A stretch of 49,778 nt of DNA, taken from the IMG/VR virus record IMGVR_UViG_3300024258_000029, positions 1 through 49,778 of that record. One strand, 5' to 3'. A program made the translations under genes and the position numbers. Positions 1-9,160 of this stretch are shown in pieces. This stretch comes from a virus. Taxonomy: Duplodnaviria; Caudoviricetes. How positions within the stretch are numbered: the first letter of the stretch is position 1; the number at the start of each line of letters is the position of its first letter. The notes under the pieces are model-generated. The model was not told where the DNA came from, did not search any database, and worked only from the letters and a program-made list of their open reading frames with translations.

Positions 1-229
1 TTAATCTCAAAACATTTGTAGAAGCATAAATATCGAACTGGATTGTAACTATTTCATACATCCGACCCTTCAGCATATAATCTGGTCTTGCAGAGGGAGA
101 AAAATAAGTAGCATAAGTTGTTGCCGTTCCTTGAGGTGCAAGCTCAAGATGTAAGGCTCCGGGCAATGCTGCTTTCAAGGCTGCGTTGCCGTTGTATCTG
201 CCATATATTCCAGTTAATATCTGTCGCAT
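1..229 (-). CDS. Tail terminator protein, 5' part (partial copy of 48864-49256)
   Basis: Same MRQILTGIYGRY start as 48864-49256; its ATG overlaps the TAA of 229-606; truncated by the window edge. Confidence 0.8.
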   Translation of the reverse strand, partial: MRQILTGIYGRYNGNAALKAALPGALHLELAPQGTATTYATYFSPSARPDYMLKGRMYEIVTIQFDIYASTNVLRL

Positions 230-606
230 TATTTCATCTTCTCGTTAAATTTTTCTCTTGCAAAATTAATATTCTTGTCAAGGGCTGGCTTTAGAAACGG
301 ATGTGGTGCTGCTGGTCTTGGGCCACCGTGACCGTGTTCTATCAACCATGCTTGCATCGCCCCCGGCCCACCAGCTTTCACGATATACCCGCCGTCATCG
401 AACTTACTTTTTTTCCGCTTAATTGATTTTCTGAGTCTCCCAGACAAATCTTTAAACTTTTTATGACCTGAACTGTATGCCCCAGCTTTGGCATCCTTTT
501 TGATCTGCAAGGCAATCTCAGCAGCTTTATCATCAAGATGCTCATGAAGCTGTTGCTCAAAGTCTTTTGTGTCAATATTGACTCTTGGAAAAATTGCAGT
601 TACCAT
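229..606 (-). CDS. HK97 gp10-like tail completion protein
   Basis: SGRLRKSI...WLIEHGH...PHPFLKPALD motifs; follows the head-closure gene. Confidence 0.85.
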   Translation of the reverse strand: MVTAIFPRVNIDTKDFEQQLHEHLDDKAAEIALQIKKDAKAGAYSSGHKKFKDLSGRLRKSIKRKKSKFDDGGYIVKAGGPGAMQAWLIEHGHGGPRPAAPHPFLKPALDKNINFAREKFNEKMK

Positions 607-929
607 TATAAAATCTCCGCACAGTGTAAGACCATATCCATTTCCCTGTGGAAATCTTCGATACCTGTTATCCGGTATGTGCTTCCACTATGGACTACCC
701 TGTATTTTGTACTCATTGTTGAAAATCTTCTTATTCTCAATTTAAACAAAGTGACCGATTCAAGCTTGCTGCCCTCAATTCTTTCTATGCCTCTCACCGG
801 TATGTATTCTGCCCTCTTCGGTGAACCAGCCACTGCTGCCCATGAAGATGTATCAGCACCCATTCCATCACCAGTAAGAGAAGCTGATTGTATTTCAATA
901 ACCTGATCTAATTTGCCCGGTATAATCAT
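606..929 (-). CDS. Head closure / head-tail adaptor (SPP1 gp16-like)
   Basis: PGKLDQVIEIQ...LRIRR...YRVVHSGSTYRITGI pattern and synteny; likely start MIIPGK at 929 overlapping the upstream stop. Confidence 0.85.
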   Translation of the reverse strand: MIIPGKLDQVIEIQSASLTGDGMGADTSSWAAVAGSPKRAEYIPVRGIERIEGSKLESVTLFKLRIRRFSTMSTKYRVVHSGSTYRITGIEDFHREMDMVLHCAEIL

Positions 930-1720
930 TAGAACAACCTGTAAGACCATAAAAAGTTCATAATATATTCAGGGATCTCAACCAAGCTGAGATTATTCCC
1001 CACCACGATTGAACCCCTGTTTTGATAAACGTCTGCCACCATGAGCATGATTGCTATTCTGATTGGCTCTGGAACTTCAAGCTTTACTGCAATACCACCA
1101 CTCGTATAAGCTGCATTCCCGGTTGACCCATCAAGAGTGAAAATATCATCAGTCGATTTTGTAATGTTCCATGCACCATTTGCATTTGTGTTCCCGACAA
1201 CTTTTGAAACAAGAACCCTGTCACCAGTTACATATCCATGCCCGACTATTGTTATGGCAATCGGAGTTGCATTTGAAGCTGCCGTTATTGTTTGAAGCGT
1301 GTGATCTCCATACCCGCATACAAACTCAATTTTAATTGGATTGGAAGGATACAGATTGTCTGAGGGCCATGTTTCTCCATCTGCCAAAACAAGCCTGCCG
1401 GGATCAGAAATGATATCGACAATATACTCTGAAGCTGTCATCGTGGATTCGTCACCGTCAACATCGGTATACTTTAAACTCGTTACGGACTGAAGCTTTC
1501 CAAACGGAAGTGTGAAATAAGCAGGGAACAAGTCAGAGTATGCTTTCCATGTCTGAGTTATTAACCGTCTGTTTGTGATATTCTCAACACTGGAAATAGC
1601 CGACATGATAAGAGCCTGAATGTATCCGTCATCGTCTGTGTGGTCAATGTTCAGATGTTTCTTTGCCTCATCAAGCGATACAATCATTCCGGTTGGTGCT
1701 GTTACGAGTTCTGTTTTCAT
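929..1720 (-). CDS. Head-tail connector (HK97 gp6 / phiE125 gp8-like) with an inserted beta-rich domain
   Basis: VSLDEAKKHLNID..DD.YI..LI..A...VE..T.R.LITQTW N-terminus and VPEPIRIAIMLMVADVYQNR C-terminus; about 70 extra residues after FVCGYG. Confidence 0.88.
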   Translation of the reverse strand: MKTELVTAPTGMIVSLDEAKKHLNIDHTDDDGYIQALIMSAISSVENITNRRLITQTWKAYSDLFPAYFTLPFGKLQSVTSLKYTDVDGDESTMTASEYIVDIISDPGRLVLADGETWPSDNLYPSNPIKIEFVCGYGDHTLQTITAASNATPIAITIVGHGYVTGDRVLVSKVVGNTNANGAWNITKSTDDIFTLDGSTGNAAYTSGGIAVKLEVPEPIRIAIMLMVADVYQNRGSIVVGNNLSLVEIPEYIMNFLWSYRLF

Positions 1721-1727
1721 AATATAC

Positions 1728-3542
1728 CTATTCGTAAATTAGCGTTATGCTTGCATTTTGAGTTGCTACTGTTAACCTTAATCCATTACTGAATGGTGCT
1801 CCTATTTCAATCGGGGACACTGTTGCCCTTGAATCTCCTGCCGTATGAACAAATATTGGGTCAGTTACCCCTGCTGTTCCGTCACTGATTGTTATCACGC
1901 TATTATTTACGACATTATTAATCGTTATCCTGTGAAGAACTCCAGCACCATATTTAAGGTTTACCCCTGCCGTAGTTCCTAATGCGTGATAATAATATGT
2001 CGGATTGGTTACCAACTCTCCTTGTCTTGCTATATAAGCACCGACACATTGGAGATCAATATCTGTGGCATTTGTCGTGTTAATATTTTCAATTGTTATT
2101 GGCAATGTTAACGTATCTGATAAACCGGATGACTGTATAGAATGTAACCTTTTGCCATTAATATAATAAATAACAGCTAAAGGCGTGAATTCTATCTCTA
2201 CCTTATAAAAAGTGCTTAATGACGGTGACCAAGATAAACCAAGATTCCCGTTGAAACTTCCTGAACTTACAAGAGTATCTGAAGCAGCTTTCCTTGTCCC
2301 GACACTAAATGTTGTTCCTGATACTTGCATGAAGTATCCGTTATTAGTATCGTATGCACCTATACGCCTTGTATTCCCTGCCACTGGTGCTGCTGTCATA
2401 GCCATTCCTGCAACCATTAATTGTGCTGACCCTGGAACAAATCTTGCTTTTCTTTTGCTTACATATTTTGCAGAGCTATTAATCGCTGCTGAAGTTTGTA
2501 ATGTTAGAATTCCACCAGCTTGTGCTACTGATCCGTTTACTAATGTAGGTGTCCAGAAGTTCGGGTCTAAAACTAATCCGTCAAACGCTGTTCCGACCAT
2601 CCTATAAACTGGACTTACAGCCAATTCATTCGTAGGATTTACCCAAACGTGTCTGCCTGTATTCTCACGACCTGAAATAGTTGTTTCTGTTTTAAGCCTT
2701 CTATCATCGCTTAATGAACTGGGAAGTGGAGTTGCTACCGGACAAAGGACTCCAGACACTCTAAAATATGTTGTTGTTGCAGACCCTGAATTAACAACTC
2801 TTATTCTCCAATATGACAGCGTGGCTTGTACTGTTTCGCCTTCACCCTTATTGCCTACAACTGCTATGAAGTCAAAGCTGTAACTTATATCCCAATGGTA
2901 ATGAGTATAAGCTGTCCCGCTTGCTGTTGTCGAAAAAGCAACTGTAACTGTAAGCTCTGTATTTGAAACAATAGTTGCGATAATTCTGTCAGTTTCTCCA
3001 GCCACCGATATTGTATCTCCGACAACAAATGACCTTGTAAAAATTGTACTTGTCCCAGTGAGTGTCGTAGTCCCGTTCGTTGCAACAGTCCCCAACCCAG
3101 TATGTGAACCGCTTGACTGCTCAATGTATACCAGGCAGTTTTGATCTGTATTAAGGCTCCATTGTAAACCTACAACGCCAAGCGTAGAGGTAGGATCTCC
3201 TGCCCATGTTGCACCACTTGCCAGATTTGTACTGTTGGTATTATTAAGATCGGCATAAACATCTTGAGCCATGCTTACACCAAGATGATAATCTCCATTC
3301 GTTTGCTCCTGTGAAGAAATAGGATTGCCTGAAGCATCATAATTAACAACATCAGTTGCAGATAAGCTCAATCCGACCTCATACCAAGTATCATTAGAAA
3401 GGTTGAAATAAAACATCTTCCCAGTATCAACTTCTCTCCACCGGGAACCATTTGGGACTTGATTCCCTGCTGCAATAGTCGGCTTGGTTTCTGAGCTAAG
3501 TCCAGAAAAATTCTTTACTACTATTTCAAAAAAATCTGACAT
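1728..3542 (-). CDS. Large T/S/G-rich virion protein, putative head fibre with a lectin-like C-terminal domain
   Basis: 604 aa, beta-rich, between capsid and connector genes; GTVATNGTTTLTGTSTIF..GDTI fibre-type motif; N-terminal motif shared with 3544-4083. Confidence 0.55.
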   Translation of the reverse strand: MSDFFEIVVKNFSGLSSETKPTIAAGNQVPNGSRWREVDTGKMFYFNLSNDTWYEVGLSLSATDVVNYDASGNPISSQEQTNGDYHLGVSMAQDVYADLNNTNSTNLASGATWAGDPTSTLGVVGLQWSLNTDQNCLVYIEQSSGSHTGLGTVATNGTTTLTGTSTIFTRSFVVGDTISVAGETDRIIATIVSNTELTVTVAFSTTASGTAYTHYHWDISYSFDFIAVVGNKGEGETVQATLSYWRIRVVNSGSATTTYFRVSGVLCPVATPLPSSLSDDRRLKTETTISGRENTGRHVWVNPTNELAVSPVYRMVGTAFDGLVLDPNFWTPTLVNGSVAQAGGILTLQTSAAINSSAKYVSKRKARFVPGSAQLMVAGMAMTAAPVAGNTRRIGAYDTNNGYFMQVSGTTFSVGTRKAASDTLVSSGSFNGNLGLSWSPSLSTFYKVEIEFTPLAVIYYINGKRLHSIQSSGLSDTLTLPITIENINTTNATDIDLQCVGAYIARQGELVTNPTYYYHALGTTAGVNLKYGAGVLHRITINNVVNNSVITISDGTAGVTDPIFVHTAGDSRATVSPIEIGAPFSNGLRLTVATQNASITLIYE

Positions 3543-3543
3543 T

Positions 3544-4083
3544 TTATGCTAAATACCCAGCAGGAGTTAATACTTGATAGGTCACAGACACAACGAATGG
3601 CCCAGCTAATGTACTGGCTGCACCATAAACATGATAATTGATAATTTCACCGACTAACAGTGTGAATGGAGTTGAGAATGTGAAAACTGCTGCTGCTGTT
3701 AAATTTGCCTTTACCCCTGCTGCCTGTGCAACAAGAGCCGTAGTATCTCCATCGGTTGCAATTACTGACATTCCAGTGAAAGCACCAGCATCCGCTGAAT
3801 GATCTGTTGTATTGGTTAGGGTAAAACTTAAAACTCTCACAACACCACTGGTTGCAGTATACAGTGGATAATCAGCTACAGCTTGACTAAAATCCAAAGT
3901 TTCAACACTTGCCTGTGTTATACTTTTTGCATTATGAATAAGCCAATTAGTTCCATCATAGGTTTTATAAACGTCATTGGTATCATACTCCCAGAAATAG
4001 GAGCCTGCTGGAACTGAGGTGGGTTTTGAGTCTGTTGATATCCCGGTGAATCTTTTTATGGATGTTTCGAGTAGTACCGTCAT
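3544..4083 (-). CDS. Putative head accessory / decoration protein
   Basis: 179 aa in the head cluster with AGGAG RBS; N-terminus paralogous to 1728-3542. Confidence 0.55.
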   Translation of the reverse strand: MTVLLETSIKRFTGISTDSKPTSVPAGSYFWEYDTNDVYKTYDGTNWLIHNAKSITQASVETLDFSQAVADYPLYTATSGVVRVLSFTLTNTTDHSADAGAFTGMSVIATDGDTTALVAQAAGVKANLTAAAVFTFSTPFTLLVGEIINYHVYGAASTLAGPFVVSVTYQVLTPAGYLA

Positions 4084-4116
4084 TACTTACTCCTAATATT
4101 TGTAAGTCATTTTTAA

Positions 4117-4140
4117 AGAGGGGATTTTACACCCCTCTGA
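4117..4140 (-). terminator. Intergenic hairpin AGAGGGG/CCCCTCT
   Basis: 7-bp inverted repeat between 4146-4613 and 3544-4083. Confidence 0.5.
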
Positions 4141-4145
4141 TTTAT

Positions 4146-4613
4146 TTAAGCAGCTTCGATATATGCACCGTCTTCAAGAGGCACATACCAGATTGAAAAT
4201 TTCATGTTGCCTGTACTATCAGCAGCAGTGTTAAGACCGATTGTTCCGGGTGCTACAACAATTCCGTTTGCCATCATTGCTGCTGCACCGGCAGTGCCTT
4301 TAATTGCTGCATCTGCCAGAACACCGGTAATATTTAAAAGGCCACCGGCTTCCTGTGCCGTGATATCGACAACTGCACACATGTCGGTAGCAGTACCGGT
4401 TGTCGGAGTGGAGATGTATTTTGTGTTGTTTGCCTTGGTTTCGATAATCGTGGTTACTTCACCAATTAATCCAACCACAAGACAGTTGCCGCCAACCACA
4501 GTAAAAAGTGATTTTGTGGATATTGCTGCAATCGCAATACTTGCTTTATCAACCCTCATTCCGGTGATAAGATCCGCTATCCTTGCTCTTGTTGATGGTG
4601 CGTAGTTAGCCAT
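4146..4613 (-). CDS. Putative capsid decoration protein
   Basis: 155 aa, A/T/G-rich beta-type protein downstream of the major capsid gene. Confidence 0.5.
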   Translation of the reverse strand: MANYAPSTRARIADLITGMRVDKASIAIAAISTKSLFTVVGGNCLVVGLIGEVTTIIETKANNTKYISTPTTGTATDMCAVVDITAQEAGGLLNITGVLADAAIKGTAGAAAMMANGIVVAPGTIGLNTAADSTGNMKFSIWYVPLEDGAYIEAA

Positions 4614-4639
4614 TTGTCAGCTTCCTCTTTCTTTAGATG

Positions 4640-4891
4640 TTATTTCTTAACTGCCTTTTTACCGTTTTTTTTCGGAGCAGAATTTACCTTTTTGGGAACC
4701 TCTACTTTTTCTTTTTCCAACACAATGTTGGCAGATTTACTCTCTTCGGCACGGATATTGGCAAGATGTGTTATGTGTGGAATGGCAATGCCATCTTCAC
4801 AAAACCGTCTTGCAAGTGATCGTTCGACATAACCCGACCAATCTTTTTTATATCCGTCTTTGTCTTTTTGGAAAACAATGTGCATTGTCAT
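4640..4891 (-). CDS. Small head-cluster protein with an L9-N-like N-terminus and Lys-rich tail
   Basis: MHIVFQKDKDGYKKDWSGYVERSLARRFCEDGIA; GGAAGG RBS. Confidence 0.55.
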   Translation of the reverse strand: MTMHIVFQKDKDGYKKDWSGYVERSLARRFCEDGIAIPHITHLANIRAEESKSANIVLEKEKVEVPKKVNSAPKKNGKKAVKK

Positions 4892-4912
4892 TTTTCACCT
4901 TCCTTTATGTAC

Positions 4913-4942
4913 GGGGTGCTATCTAAGCCACCCCACTTTTTT
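4913..4942 (-). terminator. Hairpin after 4941-5426
   Basis: GGGGTG...CACCCC inverted repeat in the intergenic gap. Confidence 0.45.
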
Positions 4943-5426
4943 AGGTTAAGGCAGTCAATGACCTGTAACCAGTATAGCGTGGCTCAAGAATTGCGACCAC
5001 TGAAACATTCCCTGTTGCTCCAGTTGCAGTATCAGGAAAGCTCAAGGTCAACCATTCTTCACCATTAGCAATGTCCATGTCAGAAGCATCAACCTCTACA
5101 ACCAGCATATAATTGTCATATGTGGCATGGGCAACAACAAGGGCAGCACTCGTGGAAGGAACTCCAAGAACATCGCAATTTGCAGCACCAGCAGCAGCAC
5201 CCATGAAAGCATAGTTGAAAGTGAGGGCAGATGTTAATGCACCATCGGTTGCACCGGAATGAACATTCACATATGCAGCAGCACCACCAAGGGTCTGAAA
5301 GTTAATCAGAAATGTTGCGTGGTGGAACCCCTTCATATTGATTGAGTCACAAGGGTTTGTAGCAGATGCGTTTAAATCAATGTCACTCGCTACCGGAACG
5401 ACTTTGTATTTTTCTGGAAATTTCAT
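4941..5426 (-). CDS. Putative capsid decoration / cement protein
   Basis: 161 aa directly after the major capsid gene, beta-sandwich-like composition. Confidence 0.55.
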   Translation of the reverse strand: MKFPEKYKVVPVASDIDLNASATNPCDSINMKGFHHATFLINFQTLGGAAAYVNVHSGATDGALTSALTFNYAFMGAAAGAANCDVLGVPSTSAALVVAHATYDNYMLVVEVDASDMDIANGEEWLTLSFPDTATGATGNVSVVAILEPRYTGYRSLTALT

Positions 5427-5478
5427 TTTTAAACCTCTCTATGTTAATATTTTATCTATTAAAAATCAGTGCAGATCC

Positions 5479-6783
5479 TTACCTGGCATCTAATTTCACG
5501 AAATGAGAAAGTGTATTAGATCCTTTGAACGGTGTGATTGCCGACCCTAACTGAGGTTCTCCGTCAAACCGATATACAAATCTGAATACCTGTTCGTCAT
5601 AAATAAACCGAACATGGATACTCATATCAGACTGCATTCCACCTTTGTCGATTGCCATGTATTTGGAGAAATCGCAAAGCATGATATCACCAGTGTCACC
5701 GACTGTGGCACATTGTTCGATTGGAACAACTGGACGGCCAAACAGGGTGCTGTAAGGTTGTGCAGAAACACCACCAGCAGGGAGATAAACAGGAACTCCA
5801 CCAGTACCGACTGCGATACTCATGGCATTTAACTGAGGTTCGCAGTCCTGATTGATAATCCAGATTGAGTTCGGCCGGGATCTTGCCATCAGTCTTGCCC
5901 ACATTTTGAGGACATTTTCATAGACGATGGTATCGGCAGCCTGACCAGCTTCACCAGAAATGGAAACCATGCAACCGGAATTTAAAATTCCAAGTGGCTG
6001 TCCTGCACCGGAGCCGTTTATAATTGCATCGGTGATTTTGAAATCAAACTCATCCTGAAATCCTGTTTCAATCGTTTGGGCAAGAGCGGAAGTATCTTCA
6101 AGAAGTTCGTCAGTGGCATAACAAAGACCGATCAGTTTGTTCAGGCTCAATTCAATTCGTCTGAACTTGGGTTTTGATGCAGTTTTTTCTGCTGCCTCTG
6201 CTGCCCAGTAAGCTCTGATTCCACCAGCCCTTGAGCCATCCACTCTGGATGTTTCGTCAAGACCATTAAACTTCATGCCGTTTTTGTTACCGGAAAGAGT
6301 AACCTTGTTGACTCTGGGGAGAATAACTCCAGAATCCCAGACATTTTTCAGAATCGTGGATGAGAAGTCATCCTGAACCAGAAATCCACCATCTGACGGA
6401 GTGGTTTCGTTCAGACCTGTGGCTGCATTATACAACCGTGGATCTACTGTTCCACCCGGACTTCCTGCCCTCATGACGGCAGCCATTTGCTGACCAAAGC
6501 TGGAGAACCTGTCTTTGTCTTTTCTGTCAACAATTTTAATGGTCTGCGTGTCCACAACTGTTTTCGGTTTTGCAGGGGTGTTGAGTCTGGCAGCAACCGC
6601 TTCTTTTCTTTCCAGAACCTTGACGCTTGCTTCAGTTTTTTCAACAGCATCAAGAATTTCAGTCTGTAATGCGATTTCAGCACTGTCCAACTCTCTGTTT
6701 TCAGCAGTTGCCTTGGCATCAATATCACCAGCTTTTTTCATCAGGTTTGCGATATCTTCCCTGTATTGGGTAATTGTCTTCAT
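5479..6783 (-). CDS. Major capsid protein, HK97 fold with an N-terminal delta domain
   Basis: Coiled-coil N-terminus, SDGGFLVQ, TDELLED, INGSGAGQPLGILN and TLFGRPV motifs. Confidence 0.96.
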   Translation of the reverse strand: MKTITQYREDIANLMKKAGDIDAKATAENRELDSAEIALQTEILDAVEKTEASVKVLERKEAVAARLNTPAKPKTVVDTQTIKIVDRKDKDRFSSFGQQMAAVMRAGSPGGTVDPRLYNAATGLNETTPSDGGFLVQDDFSSTILKNVWDSGVILPRVNKVTLSGNKNGMKFNGLDETSRVDGSRAGGIRAYWAAEAAEKTASKPKFRRIELSLNKLIGLCYATDELLEDTSALAQTIETGFQDEFDFKITDAIINGSGAGQPLGILNSGCMVSISGEAGQAADTIVYENVLKMWARLMARSRPNSIWIINQDCEPQLNAMSIAVGTGGVPVYLPAGGVSAQPYSTLFGRPVVPIEQCATVGDTGDIMLCDFSKYMAIDKGGMQSDMSIHVRFIYDEQVFRFVYRFDGEPQLGSAITPFKGSNTLSHFVKLDAR

Positions 6784-6803
6784 TTTTTAACCTCTTCTTT
6801 TAA

Positions 6804-7670
6804 TTAATTATTGCCTGGAGCCATTGTTTCGGCTCTTACCAGCAAGTCAGTAACAAGATCTTTCGGCAAAGCAACGTCACGTTGATCCTTGTCTACCACT
6901 TTTTTATCCGGTTTTACTGCAACGTCACGTTGGTCAGTTTTAAAACCTTCTGAAATAATGGCTTTTGCTTGTTTCTGAGTACATCCTGCGGATCTCAATG
7001 TATCCTCAAGATCTTTTGCTGTTATTTCTTTTTTGCCCTTGAGTTTATCAGGGACATTATCAAAAACTGTTAAATCAAAAAGAGTCTTTGCTTTATCATC
7101 AACTTCATCAGGGGAATAAATAGAGTCAATAAAACCAAACTCCAATGCTTCCTCTGCTGTCATCCATGTTTCTTCTGCCATTAAAGCAAGAATCTCTTCT
7201 TCTTCTTTCCCTGTTTTGTCCATGTAAGTTTTCGCAATCGTGCCACGGACTTTTTCCAATAGCTCAGCTTCTTTCCTCAATTCATCAGCAGACCCTGCCA
7301 TGATAGACCAAGGCTCATGAATCATATAAAAAGCGTTTTCTGCCATCAGAACCTCGTCTGCTGCGAGAACAATCACAGATGCAATGGATGCAGCAAGACC
7401 GTCAACATGTGCAGTGACTTTTGACTTGTGCTGCTTGATGGCATTAAAAATAGTTGTTCCATCAAAAACTGACCCACCGGGAGAATTAACACGCAGATGA
7501 ATCGTGTCTGAATCAATGGCATTAAACTCTTTAACGAAAGTTTGGGCATCGACTCCCCAATAGCTTATTTCATCATAGATATAAACTGTTGTTTCGCCAG
7601 CCTTGTTTTCGATACGATAAGCTGCTTGATTTTTTGTCTTGTTGAATAGACTCTTGTTTCTTATTCTCAT
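6804..7670 (-). CDS. ClpP-type prohead maturation protease
   Basis: VNSPGGSVFDG, DGLAASIAS, MIHEP and EETWMTAEEALEFGFID motifs. Confidence 0.95.
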   Translation of the reverse strand: MRIRNKSLFNKTKNQAAYRIENKAGETTVYIYDEISYWGVDAQTFVKEFNAIDSDTIHLRVNSPGGSVFDGTTIFNAIKQHKSKVTAHVDGLAASIASVIVLAADEVLMAENAFYMIHEPWSIMAGSADELRKEAELLEKVRGTIAKTYMDKTGKEEEEILALMAEETWMTAEEALEFGFIDSIYSPDEVDDKAKTLFDLTVFDNVPDKLKGKKEITAKDLEDTLRSAGCTQKQAKAIISEGFKTDQRDVAVKPDKKVVDKDQRDVALPKDLVTDLLVRAETMAPGNN

Positions 7671-8971
7671 AATACTTCTCCAGGGGCAACCGTTGTTCTT
7701 GAATCACCATTTAACGGAGCCGATTCTATGATTAAATTGTTTATGTCATTAACATTTTGTATTTCTTGTGGTTTCCCTGCCTGATCAAGAGTTGTCATAT
7801 TCAAAGGGACTAAATGTGTATCTCCGCCTTCAACTGGATTCAAATCTTCTTTTCCTCTTATCTCATTAATTGTCATTGCCCCGATATTCCACATTTTACT
7901 GTAAAATTCTGCTCTGTCTTTGCTGTTGCCTCTTAAAAGACCTTCAAAAACATGCTTAAAATAGAATCCAGCCTTGTATTCCTGTTCAGTCAACAACTGC
8001 ATTTCATAGTTCTGCTCAAGGCATACAGACCAAGGGAGCAAGCTGTCAGTAACATAAGAAATCTGTTCTGACTCAATATTGTTAAATGATGATTTGGTTA
8101 AATCTTTAAGTTTGTGCGGTGGCAAATTGAACCATCGTGCTATTTCAGGGATCTGGAACTGCCGACCCTCTATAAACTGACTGTCATTTGGTGGAATACC
8201 AAGCTTTTCGATCTTCATGCCCTCTTCAAGCAGCATTAATCGGTGTGCCTTGCCCAACCCTGAGTGTGCAGTAACGAGTGAATCGCTGAGGTTCTTATGT
8301 GCTGCTGCGGATAATTTACTTGGATGGGAGACAACAGCACCCGGATGAGTGCCTTGTCCGAAATATAAAGAGCCGAAAGATTCCATTGCCTTGCCAAGAC
8401 CAATGCTATTTCTCGCCATGCTTATCACAGAATAGCCAACAAATCCGTCAAAACCAAGTCCTGCAATGTGCAAAATTTTATCTCTGGACATTACTTTGGT
8501 TTCACTGCCGACTTTGATCTCGTAAACAAGCTCACCATCAACCATTTGTGGCTGAACCCTGTTTGGAGTGATAGGCCATAGCTGAATAATCCTTCCTGCA
8601 CCGTTTCTCACAATCTCAGAATAACTGTTGCCCCAAGCAAGAACATGAGCCATCATGACCTCTCTCAAGACCATCGCAGTCATATAAGGATTCGATACTG
8701 AGTGCATTACACGATATAAATTGTGAGTTGTTGCAGGATTGGTGTCTTTACCCTTGCGTTGCATTAAATGTAACGGCAAAGAAGCTATGGTACGGGAAAT
8801 TAAAGATATTGCATTGAATACTGCCGAATAGGTTAGGGCTGTTTCTTCCGTGATGTCCTCGCCAGACTGAGATTCCTGACCAGCAAAACGCCACAAAGCA
8901 GAGTCCCACATCTTTTCATCGGTTACCCTGCTTGCGTTAAACAGCCCCTTAAAAGTACTGAGAATACCGAT
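7667..8971 (-). CDS. Portal protein (HK97 family), probable ATC start at 8971
   Basis: AVFNAISLIS..IASLP, GFDGFVGYS, EIARWFNLPPH, NNIE and TINEIR..EDL motifs; the frame is open 20 codons upstream of ATG 8911 to AGGAGG-6 nt-ATC. Confidence 0.93.
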   Translation of the reverse strand: MGILSTFKGLFNASRVTDEKMWDSALWRFAGQESQSGEDITEETALTYSAVFNAISLISRTIASLPLHLMQRKGKDTNPATTHNLYRVMHSVSNPYMTAMVLREVMMAHVLAWGNSYSEIVRNGAGRIIQLWPITPNRVQPQMVDGELVYEIKVGSETKVMSRDKILHIAGLGFDGFVGYSVISMARNSIGLGKAMESFGSLYFGQGTHPGAVVSHPSKLSAAAHKNLSDSLVTAHSGLGKAHRLMLLEEGMKIEKLGIPPNDSQFIEGRQFQIPEIARWFNLPPHKLKDLTKSSFNNIESEQISYVTDSLLPWSVCLEQNYEMQLLTEQEYKAGFYFKHVFEGLLRGNSKDRAEFYSKMWNIGAMTINEIRGKEDLNPVEGGDTHLVPLNMTTLDQAGKPQEIQNVNDINNLIIESAPLNGDSRTTVAPGEVL

Positions 8972-9104
8972 AACAGACCTCCTGTAAATACTATATATAG
9001 TCCAGAATGTATGTTTAATCAGCTTATATAGTCAAGGGTGTGCTGTGTGAATTTAGAATAAAGAGTGAAATTAGAAGAAATAAGTGGAAGTTTGTTGCAG
9101 AAAT

Positions 9105-9136
9105 AAAAAAGCCGACTAAATTAATAATCGGCTTTT
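9105..9136 (-). terminator. Rho-independent terminator of the 9161-9819 unit
   Basis: AAAAGCCGA...TCGGCTTTT inverted repeat with a T-run on the minus strand. Confidence 0.75.
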
Positions 9137-9160
9137 GTGGTTTTTGTTAAAGTGAAGAAA

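Larger units (their letters stand above)
1..751. repeat. Terminal direct repeat, copy 1 (imperfect copy of 49028-49778)
   Basis: Colinear with 49028-49778 without indels (offset 49027); about 26 substitutions counted by eye. Confidence 0.97.
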
